Shown here piece after piece: positions 57,203 to 64,000 of a stretch of DNA of 64,000 nucleotides. Each line of letters opens with the position of its first letter. The first letter of the stretch is position 1. The translations under genes were made by a program, and so were the position numbers. Under the pieces are notes generated by a model, which had not been told where the DNA came from, made no database searches, and worked only from the letters and a program-made list of their open reading frames with translations. Origin of the DNA: a virus; the IMG/VR virus record IMGVR_UViG_3300032235_000623, positions 1 through 64,000 of that record. One strand, written 5' to 3'.

Positions 57203-57754
57203 AGCTCCACAAAATAGGACATATTAGCTCCTAGCTCCTATATCCCCCTCCTAATTATCTCCTCTCTATGAGCCTCCTAGAGGCTTTTAAAGTGGAGTAA
57301 AGTGGAGTATTGTGGAGAATATTACTATCAATTCATGTCTAATTACTATTATTATATATAGATAAAGATATATGAGTAATTGAACACCATCTCACAATAT
57401 GGACGTAATCCCAATTTGAGCAATTTGCAGCATATTCTGCCATTTCTGTCAATAGTGGCATATTCAGGCAATTTTGTCAAGCCTTCGTAAAGGAAAAATT
57501 GTGCCCATTTCGCCAAAAATTTGATCCAAATTCTGACAGATATTATATCTATTTTATTATATTGTTATAACATTTTGTTATATTCTATATTCATTTTGTC
57601 TTATTCTGATCAAAATTTCAGGGACATTTTATAAGCTGTCGTAAACGAATTATTTGGCCCATAATTTTTTCATAGAAAAAGGACCTATACATCCAAAATG
57701 TACATCATGTACAAATCGGACATATAGGTCCAGTGGAAATATGTTTATTTAGTT
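57203..57754. other. 550-bp non-coding convergence region with short repeats and AT-rich tracts (candidate origin or terminus region)
   Basis: 6x CTCC then 3x GTGGAG at 10-bp period, AT-rich stretches, duplicated motifs; strand switch. Confidence 0.55.
57676..57731 (-). terminator. Intrinsic terminator of minus-strand operon
   Basis: GGACCTATA...TATAGGTCC long hairpin followed by T5 on minus strand. Confidence 0.65.
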
Positions 57755-58162
57755 TTATGGACCAACTGTTGCAACTGCCTGGAAATGAGCTGTTTCTCCA
57801 TGGTAGTCTCCATGTAGCCATTTCTTATCAGATTCTTGATATAGGTTCTCAATTGATTTAGTTTTATGTTGTTTTACATTAGGGATTTTGATATTATTAA
57901 ATTCCCGCTTTTCTTTAACTAAGTTAATTGCTTTATGTAGGTTATTGGCTAGGATTAAGCCTTCGCTTGTATTGCCTTCCGCCAACTCAACATCATATCG
58001 TTGCTTCATTGAGAATACGATATTTACAACGAGTTCCATTACCTTATCAACTGTATAAATTGGCTGATTAGATAAATGCCGTGCCACCGCTGCCGTGTTG
58101 AAGAAATGGTCTTCGACACATGAAGCAACTGTGTCTGCTAGTTTTGTTTCTCTTGGTTGCAT
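57755..58162 (-). CDS. Hypothetical protein
   Basis: ORF track. Confidence 0.65.
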   Translation of the reverse strand: MQPRETKLADTVASCVEDHFFNTAAVARHLSNQPIYTVDKVMELVVNIVFSMKQRYDVELAEGNTSEGLILANNLHKAINLVKEKREFNNIKIPNVKQHKTKSIENLYQESDKKWLHGDYHGETAHFQAVATVGP

Positions 58163-58240
58163 TTGTTTCCGCCTTTTCTATAGAACCGTTGATTATATCA
58201 GAAAGGGCTGACTTGCGCCAGCCCTTCCCACATTATGAGA

Positions 58241-58387
58241 TTACTTCTTTGAGCTTGGGGTTTCTGCTGTAAACTTGATACCCTGCTTCTCTGCCTCTGC
58301 AAGTACGTTCTTTGCAGCTGATGAGAAACGACCACGGCGGCCTACAGAGATTCCCTTTGATACTAGATATTCACGCTTTGTTGTCAT
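58241..58387 (-). CDS. Lsr2 C-terminal DNA-binding-domain-like micro-protein (48 aa)
   Basis: MTTKREYLVSKGISVGRRGRFSSAAK; GAAAGGA RBS; own promoter TTTACA-N17-TATAAT (58423-58451). Confidence 0.65.
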   Translation of the reverse strand: MTTKREYLVSKGISVGRRGRFSSAAKNVLAEAEKQGIKFTAETPSSKK

Positions 58388-58513
58388 TTGATTTGATCCT
58401 TTCATGATCGGTTGTTATATATATTATATAAGATATTCACGAATTTGTAAATACCCTCGTAACTATTTTTTTTATCCCTTATATGTTTATTTAGTTATAT
58501 TAAATTAGTTATA

Positions 58514-58684
58514 TTAATTAACTAATTCGTAGTCATATGGGTCAATAGAGTTATCTATCTCTAATTGGATCCATTCTGTTCTATCTGCAGCATCAGCCTT
58601 TTCATAGGCCTCCTGCAAGCTTTCCGCCTCCACCTCCAGATAATACTTGTCTACAAGGTCTCCGAATATTTTGAATTTAGTCAT
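58514..58684 (-). CDS. Small acidic protein
   Basis: EVEAES..EA...A motif. Confidence 0.6.
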   Translation of the reverse strand: MTKFKIFGDLVDKYYLEVEAESLQEAYEKADAADRTEWIQLEIDNSIDPYDYELVN

Positions 58685-58988
58685 CCTCTTCCTCCTCATC
58701 TTCTTCAAACATTAAGTCTGTCATAATATCATTATCTGTCATCCAGTCACGTACATCTTCGTAGTGCTGTTCTGCCCCGTATTCTAGAGAGAACCCGTGT
58801 CCGTTTTTAACAGACTCACACAGCCTGTCCCATACCTCATCCTCTGACATCTCAAAGCGGTACTCCTCATCGGCCATAAAACCCTTGATTGTGCTCCAGG
58901 TCCATAGCCAAACCAGGGATAGCCCCAGGTCCGTTGTATCTAGGATATCGAGACATTGGTTTAGTTTATCTTTATCTTGTGGCTTCAC
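58677..58988 (-). CDS. Acidic hypothetical protein
   Basis: ORF track; GTG start after GAAAGGA. Confidence 0.6.
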   Translation of the reverse strand: MKPQDKDKLNQCLDILDTTDLGLSLVWLWTWSTIKGFMADEEYRFEMSEDEVWDRLCESVKNGHGFSLEYGAEQHYEDVRDWMTDNDIMTDLMFEEDEEEEDD

Positions 58989-59262
58989 GTTGCTTGGTCC
59001 TTTCATTAATTGAGAATGCTAATTGATAAGTTAATCCATATACAGCAGTCAAGGCGTCCATATAGCCTTCGTTGTACAGCCGCTCCACAGTGTCATCGTA
59101 GTCTTCATCTGAGCCCAATTCATTTGAGTTCTGTAGAAGAGGAACGAGGACCTGCTCGCATTCATACATCATGTTCTTCAATTCACCATGCAGAATGTCT
59201 GTCCCTGACTCACCAAGGTCGACGAGTTTCTGCAGGCGTGGTTCTAGTTCTGTAGTGTTCAT
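58972..59262 (-). CDS. Hypothetical protein
   Basis: Leaderless after TATAAT. Confidence 0.6.
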   Translation of the reverse strand: MNTTELEPRLQKLVDLGESGTDILHGELKNMMYECEQVLVPLLQNSNELGSDEDYDDTVERLYNEGYMDALTAVYGLTYQLAFSINERTKQREATR

Positions 59263-59465
59263 TGGGCCATTATATCCTCTGCCACTGACAAAAAGTGGCG
59301 GGTAGCAATAATCTGTCCATTGATAGAGATATCCTCAATCTCTAAAGACTGATACTCATTTGATTCCATTTCTTCAAATAAATCCATTTCAGCCTGTAGA
59401 GCCTCAGAATCTTGCTCTAAACTAATTAGATGTAACTTCATATATTCGATTAATTGATTAGACAT
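59259..59465 (-). CDS. Hypothetical protein
   Basis: ORF track. Confidence 0.6.
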   Translation of the reverse strand: MSNQLIEYMKLHLISLEQDSEALQAEMDLFEEMESNEYQSLEIEDISINGQIIATRHFLSVAEDIMAQ

Positions 59466-59571
59466 TTACTACCTCATATCTTTGAGTTAATCTATCATAA
59501 TATCTAGCAGCCTGACATGTGCAACTAAATATACCTGGTACATCTGAACATTCCCATTTATGTTCATGCAT
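59458..59571 (-). CDS. His/Cys micro-protein (37 aa)
   Basis: MHEHKWECSDVPGIFSCTCQ... Confidence 0.4.
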   Translation of the reverse strand: MHEHKWECSDVPGIFSCTCQAARYYDRLTQRYEVVNV

Positions 59572-59728
59572 GATCGAAATACCCTTCTGCCCATAGGCCT
59601 TGTAAGAAATCATGAGCCATAACTAAATAATTATGAATTGCAGGATTATCATCAGCATTGACCAATAGGTCAGCTTGATAAACACCATACGTCATATCTG
59701 CTAAATCTTTTTGTGTGTAGCCCAACAT
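59564..59728 (-). CDS. Hypothetical protein
   Basis: MLGYTQKDL...FLQGLWAEGYF. Confidence 0.55.
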   Translation of the reverse strand: MLGYTQKDLADMTYGVYQADLLVNADDNPAIHNYLVMAHDFLQGLWAEGYFDHA

Positions 59729-59895
59729 TATTTTACTTCCCAATACTCTAGTATTAGATTTAATGCAGAATGGATATTGCAATCACAATCCCCACCCATG
59801 TTATCCATAAATTCTAGATGACTATAATTGTCATCATAGATTTCATCTACTAATTGACCTACTGTCATTGCTCTTAGTTTGCTAATAGTTCTCAT
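59728..59895 (-). CDS. Small hypothetical protein (55 aa)
   Basis: H...CDCNIH motif; coupled at both ends. Confidence 0.5.
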   Translation of the reverse strand: MRTISKLRAMTVGQLVDEIYDDNYSHLEFMDNMGGDCDCNIHSALNLILEYWEVK

Positions 59896-60665
59896 GCTTC
59901 CACCTTTTCTGTAGATTCCAATAATACACTATGGGTCTGACATTCTTTCATAGCCTCTTCATCCTGCCAAGAGCCTTGGTTGCATTCTGAGCAGAATTCA
60001 CCACAGTCATCTTCACAATAATCTAATGTATTAAATGATTGGCAAGCATAGCAGCGATTCTCATATTCTAGAATCTCTTTTACTTCACCACGGACAATCT
60101 CATATTCCCCACCCCAACCTGTTTCTTCCTCATACTCCAATGTGAGCAGGCAGTTTGGAACAAGATTAGATAGTTTAGTTAGAATAGTTACAGCAGGTGA
60201 CCATGCAGTCTCATATTTATAGACAACCCAGTTGTCATCACCATCTGACTTATATTCAATTATTTCTGTGTTTGGATACTTGTCATCATCAGATACAGCC
60301 ACATCCCATTTGGTGCCCCAATTAGAATTATTCCATGAGTACCAATCCTTTTGAGTCTTAGCAAACTCAACAGATTTAGCAAACCAATTAGGGTCCTTCA
60401 TATCTACACCATCACGTGCAGGCTGGCAGGCATACTCCTCATCAGTAATACCTTCATCTTTATATGAGTGGATATTAAAGAAAGCAAAGACAGGATTAGA
60501 ATAAGTTACTTCTTTAAATTTGGTGGGGAAACCCATAGATGAAATATCACCCATACCATGTGTCTCAATAGCCAATGTAAAAGGCTTATTCAATCTATCT
60601 TTAATCATATCTACCTCAGACTTAGGTCCTTGGATAGTCAATGTGTTATATACCCAATTTGGCAT
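59892..60665 (-). CDS. DUF1281/YubB-like protein with C-terminal Cys-rich domain
   Basis: MPNW..N.L.I.G, WY.W...NWGTKW, TAWSP, YEEE. Confidence 0.75.
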   Translation of the reverse strand: MPNWVYNTLTIQGPKSEVDMIKDRLNKPFTLAIETHGMGDISSMGFPTKFKEVTYSNPVFAFFNIHSYKDEGITDEEYACQPARDGVDMKDPNWFAKSVEFAKTQKDWYSWNNSNWGTKWDVAVSDDDKYPNTEIIEYKSDGDDNWVVYKYETAWSPAVTILTKLSNLVPNCLLTLEYEEETGWGGEYEIVRGEVKEILEYENRCYACQSFNTLDYCEDDCGEFCSECNQGSWQDEEAMKECQTHSVLLESTEKVEA

Positions 60666-60826
60666 TATCGGCACACTCGCTTTGTTACATATTTGTAATA
60701 TGTATATGCTTTAGAAGATTTATCCTTAACTTGATATCTCTTATATGTACATACCTCAGCATTTGCTGGGGCGGAAACAATAGGAAGTAATCCTAGTATA
60801 ATACCTGCGATAATAGTTTTACGCAT
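60665..60826 (-). CDS. Small secreted basic peptide (53 aa)
   Basis: Signal peptide ...APANA; mature part bracketed by two Cys; AACGAAAGGA RBS. Confidence 0.55.
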   Translation of the reverse strand: MRKTIIAGIILGLLPIVSAPANAEVCTYKRYQVKDKSSKAYTYYKYVTKRVCR

Positions 60827-60853
60827 TTTATATCCTTTCGTTGATATAAGAGA

Positions 60854-60875
60854 ATTATACATTGGACCACCGACA
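60854..60875 (-). promoter_or_regulatory. TGTCRG-N10-TAYAAT promoter (also 58192-58213, 59269-59290, 62695-62716, 62863-62884)
   Basis: Five copies with identical 22-nt geometry upstream of minus-strand genes. Confidence 0.7.
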
Positions 60876-60893
60876 AATGGAATAGATATGCTG

Positions 60894-60998
60894 TGTGAAT
60901 TGGACCACATTGTTAGGTTTTGATCAAAGCTTGTTAGGTTTAATTAGATCTATTGTTAGATTTTATCAATCATTGTTAGGTTTGTGGTCAATATCACA
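60894..60998. repeat. Four TTGTTAGRTTT direct repeats flanked by two CRP-like boxes
   Basis: Repeats at 60910, 60931, 60953, 60973; TGTGA-N6-CCACA and TGTGG-N6-TCACA. Confidence 0.75.
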
Positions 60999-61063
60999 GA
61001 ATTTCAGGAGATTTTGACTTGACCTCGTAAAAGAAATAATGTACTCTCTTGTCTTTGTGGGCA

Positions 61064-61222
61064 TAAAAAGATCCCCCGCCGATACCGCAGTATCAAGCGG
61101 GGGAATTATAGTAGGGCTGCCTGGCCAAACGAAAGGAATTAAGTAAATGCCTGCGTACTTAGCGACTTGGCGAATGCCTTAGTAGCCGCACCCCACATCC
61201 AAAGACAAACTAGTTGCCTAGG
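61064..61222 (-). ncRNA. Candidate small RNA with own -10 and terminator
   Basis: TGATATAAT at ~61227-61235, rod-like fold, terminator TCCCCCGC...GCGGGGGA-TCTTTTT. Confidence 0.55.
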
Positions 61223-61231
61223 ATTATTATA

Positions 61232-61636
61232 TCATACTGGAAGAAGTTCGTCCGAATACTTTTCACAGAATGCGGACAGGTCCATGGTAAATAAAGCCTC
61301 ATTCTTCATTCCACGTACCTTGTTTGACTGATTCCTAAAGTCATCTTGCTCATGAAGACTAAAGGTTTGGTCCTTCCAATTAATTACAGGAATCTTGTGC
61401 TCATTGTCTGATAGAGAGTTGACCTGTAGACCCCAGCCAGTCTCCATATTCCATTGGTCACCAATTAGACGTGATGTAGCAATGCGTGTTGCATATGAAT
61501 CATCGTTCCAACGTGCTCGTGCATGGACTACAGCATCCGCTAAATTCTTTAGCATGTCATAGCCAGCCCAGTGTCCGTATAGTACAATTGTCTCTCCGCT
61601 ATCCTGTACGAATACGAAGTTTGCTCTGTTACCCAT
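61232..61636 (-). CDS. Hypothetical protein
   Basis: MG.RA...LY.HW.G...ARW.D.SY..R motif. Confidence 0.7.
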   Translation of the reverse strand: MGNRANFVFVQDSGETIVLYGHWAGYDMLKNLADAVVHARARWNDDSYATRIATSRLIGDQWNMETGWGLQVNSLSDNEHKIPVINWKDQTFSLHEQDDFRNQSNKVRGMKNEALFTMDLSAFCEKYSDELLPV

Positions 61637-61637
61637 T

Positions 61638-61844
61638 TTATTCCGCCGTTTCTAGTTGAGGTGTTTCTTCTGTCTTATTCAATTCTATAATTTCATATGA
61701 CACCTTGTCAAGTGCCTCTTTATTTTTATTGTAGTGGTGCCCGCAGAAAGCTAGCTCGCCTTCTACTAATTTAATTAAATACATAGCTTGGGCGGACCCA
61801 CATTGGTCGCAGCCAATCCATCTATTTAAATCGTCTGTGCTCAT
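61638..61844 (-). CDS. Small Zn-binding protein
   Basis: CDQCG.AQA...L.FCGHH. Confidence 0.65.
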   Translation of the reverse strand: MSTDDLNRWIGCDQCGSAQAMYLIKLVEGELAFCGHHYNKNKEALDKVSYEIIELNKTEETPQLETAE

Positions 61845-61987
61845 ATATTATTCTCTTCGATCATATCAGCAAGACGGTCAAGCAACCAGGTATCGATATC
61901 GTTAATATCAATCTCTCGTAACTTTTCTATGATTTCTTCACGAGCAAATTTATACCCGTCATCAAATCCATCTTTATAATCTGACAT
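61841..61987 (-). CDS. Small hypothetical protein (48 aa)
   Basis: AGGAG RBS; MSDYKDGFDDGYKFAREE... Confidence 0.55.
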   Translation of the reverse strand: MSDYKDGFDDGYKFAREEIIEKLREIDINDIDTWLLDRLADMIEENNI

Positions 61988-61995
61988 ATTATCTC

Positions 61996-62199
61996 CTAAT
62001 AACCTGTTGTTTCATATTCGCTAAAATAAGTTTCAGTTAAGTTAAACTTATCTCTAATGCGACTTACTTTCTCAATACTACCAGTTCCAATGTTGAAAGT
62101 CAACGGTCCAATTAGTTGAGGGTCAAGTCCAGTTATCTCGGCATCCCAGAAGGCCCTTTGCAGGGCCAACTGAGATGGAGCGGTGAGTTCAAAATACAT
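61996..62199 (-). CDS. Hypothetical protein
   Basis: ORF track. Confidence 0.6.
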   Translation of the reverse strand: MYFELTAPSQLALQRAFWDAEITGLDPQLIGPLTFNIGTGSIEKVSRIRDKFNLTETYFSEYETTGY

Positions 62200-62855
62200 T
62201 AGTAAGCCTCACGAACATGGCAGACTTCTTGCTCATCAATAACGATGTTGCCATCCTGTGCATCGACATATAGCGCATCTGTAATTTCTGATTCAAGGTC
62301 ATAATCTTCTAATAGATTTAGTGTAATTGTTCCGCTAACTTCAACAGTTGCGGTAAATTCCACATCCTTGGTTAATTCAATGCCAAGCGCTTCAGCAATT
62401 GACTGCAAAGTATCTTGGTCGTCTGAATCAGCATATGACTCAAGAATAATATCTTTAACTGTATTAATCTTAGACTGAAGCAGGCTAACAGTTTTCTGTG
62501 ACTGTCGTCCATTGTGCAGGTCCCACTCAAGAGATGCAACCTTTGATGTTGTATATTCAGGGTCAGAATATCCGTGAATAACTTTATATGTAACTAGTAA
62601 ATCAGGATTGTAAGCAACTGCAGGTGAATGAAATGCATCTGAGCCAATTGTTGTTGTTTCCATCGTTTCCTCTTTCGTTGTAGTTATAGGTGGTATTGTA
62701 GCATCTTCCACTGACAATAATGTGCAATTAGAGTTGCAACGACATGTGAGGTCCATCACACCCGCTGGCCATCCATATCCATCTTTAATTGTATATTCGA
62801 TTAAAGCATCACAGTCTCCCGTGCATACCCAGGTGTATTTCTGATATGTTGTCAT
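62199..62855 (-). CDS. Hypothetical protein with N-terminal Cys domain; second in-frame start at 62663
   Basis: Leaderless ATG at 62855; internal promoter and GAGG RBS before ATG at 62663. Confidence 0.6.
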   Translation of the reverse strand: MTTYQKYTWVCTGDCDALIEYTIKDGYGWPAGVMDLTCRCNSNCTLLSVEDATIPPITTTKEETMETTTIGSDAFHSPAVAYNPDLLVTYKVIHGYSDPEYTTSKVASLEWDLHNGRQSQKTVSLLQSKINTVKDIILESYADSDDQDTLQSIAEALGIELTKDVEFTATVEVSGTITLNLLEDYDLESEITDALYVDAQDGNIVIDEQEVCHVREAY

Positions 62856-62980
62856 GGCGAGTATTGTACAGGACCCCACTGACATTTACAAGGATTTTCG
62901 GGAAAAAGCTTTGTGATACGTAACACATTTTTTTGGCCTTCAGATCTGGGGGCATCTCATTATCTGAGATTCAAATCTTG

Positions 62981-63054
62981 CGATCTGTATGGGACTTGAA
63001 CCCACGACCTCTACCGTGACAGGGTAGCGCTCTAACCAACTGAGCTAACAGACC
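62981..63054 (-). tRNA. tRNA-Asp(GTC)
   Basis: GGTCTGT/ACAGATC acceptor, CTACC-CTGTCAC-GGTAG, GGTTCAAGTCC. Confidence 0.95.
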
Positions 63055-63059
63055 AAATG

Positions 63060-63089
63060 GTGAGCAGTTTTAAATCTTGCTCAGGATTT
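63060..63089 (-). ncRNA. Second copy of compact pseudoknot motif
   Basis: AAATC-CTGAGCAA-GATTT-AAAAC-TGCTCAC. Confidence 0.6.
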
Positions 63090-63095
63090 TATTAT

Positions 63096-64000
63096 TTAGA
63101 AGGCTTTAACCAACTTCATAATTTTATTTTTTTCTGCAGTTAAGATTGGGTCAAAACCGCTTGCACCCGCCATTAGGGATTCAGAATTTCCACGTGATGT
63201 GCGGAAATAATCTAGACGTTCAGTTAGCGCATTGAATGCACCCCACTTTGTGCCCTTGATATTAGCGTTAGTTGGTGAGTTATGATACAAGTCATCAAGA
63301 AGAACAACTTTGTTTTCCCACTTTGTGAGAGCAATTTTAGATGCATCTTCTTTTGGCTTTGGATAAATTGTCTGAATCAACTTTGAAAATTCGGCGTTAG
63401 TAATCTCTTGCTTGAAGAGTTCCTGCGCTTCTTTTTCAAATTCATCAAAGTAACCAAGTGCAAGACCAAGAGTCTCACGAGCAACTTGAATGCGACCTTC
63501 TACAGATTGCGTGTGGCGAATCTTGAAAGATTGCTTTGCATTACGCATTGCAAGATTCAAAGTGTTTTGGCATACAACACGAACAGGGGTAATTGCTGCT
63601 TGAACAGCAACAGAACCGTCGTGTGATGTCCATACAATTAAATAAAGTTTAGTTGCATCGTTAGCGCCTTGTGGGTCAAGCACCATTGTGCGAGGAATAT
63701 CCACAGTGCCGAAAACAACTTTGCCCTTTTTCAATGAGCCAGCAGATTCCCAACGGCAGTCAGCGTTGGCATCATGAATTGCATCAGCGAATGCAAACAA
63801 TTCTTCATTCTGCACAGGCTTGTAGCGCTTTCCAACAGTTGCAAGAACATCAGTCCCGCCATTGAATGGATTAGTGCGAACAACTAAAGATGAATTTGAA
63901 ACATCGTTCCAAGATTCGTCAATGTGATTTGTGATTGGAGATAAACGAACATCCCAATTTGCTAACTTTGCTTCTTCAAGCATTGTTGCAGTTGTAACTT
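63096..64000 (-). CDS. DUF932/DUF945 phage-plasmid protein (partial, 5' end outside window)
   Basis: V...Y.PVQN.E.F, ESAG.L..G..V, SHDGS, TPVRVVC.NTL, RHT, GT.WGA.NA.TE..D. Confidence 0.85.
   Translation of the reverse strand, partial: VTTATMLEEAKLANWDVRLSPITNHIDESWNDVSNSSLVVRTNPFNGGTDVLATVGKRYKPVQNEELFAFADAIHDANADCRWESAGSLKKGKVVFGTVDIPRTMVLDPQGANDATKLYLIVWTSHDGSVAVQAAITPVRVVCQNTLNLAMRNAKQSFKIRHTQSVEGRIQVARETLGLALGYFDEFEKEAQELFKQEITNAEFSKLIQTIYPKPKEDASKIALTKWENKVVLLDDLYHNSPTNANIKGTKWGAFNALTERLDYFRTSRGNSESLMAGASGFDPILTAEKNKIMKLVKAF

Noticed and set aside
1-64000. Stop-codon reassignment or prophage/host junction
   Set aside because: Standard code gives dense full-length genes, no suppressor tRNA, no integrase, and no clearly cellular segment

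Overview
A 64 kb AT-rich segment of a large tailed dsDNA phage. The host is most likely an actinobacterium, given WhiB, an Lsr2-like micro-protein, an MSMEG_6728/DenV-like glycosylase and pervasive leaderless genes. The DnaE/RecA/Cas4/RuvC/terminase gene order resembles large Streptomyces-type siphoviruses. Layout: 1-12.2 kb, end of the tape measure gene plus tail genes, finishing with a 1245-aa adhesin carrying poly-Thr tracts and Cys-rich modules, followed by a GT60-type glycosyltransferase. 15-31 kb, replication, recombination and packaging. 31.5-37.5 kb, SGNH-like proteins, C-terminal-YTY micro-peptides, a carbamoyltransferase and a 2OG oxygenase. 37.6-38.3 kb, a tRNA cluster interleaved with two unexplained structured RNAs. 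39-43 kb, a surface protein and lysis cassette. 43-57 kb, accessory genes (WhiB, Ntn protease, subtilisin, S-layer-like protein, histone-like protein, SDR, cytochrome P450, LLM, PnuC, HNH). Transcription converges at 57.2-57.7 kb. The minus-strand arm beyond holds small, probably early genes, a repeated non-canonical promoter, CRP-like boxes, a direct-repeat array, a candidate anti-SD sRNA and tRNA-Asp. Best candidates for new biology: (i) a carbamoyltransferase / Tyr-tailed micro-peptide / SGNH relay analogous to DltX-DltD, possibly decorating a GT60-initiated virion O-glycan; (ii) several non-coding RNAs, including a covarying pseudoknot present twice. All family calls come from motif recognition by eye; no searches were run.
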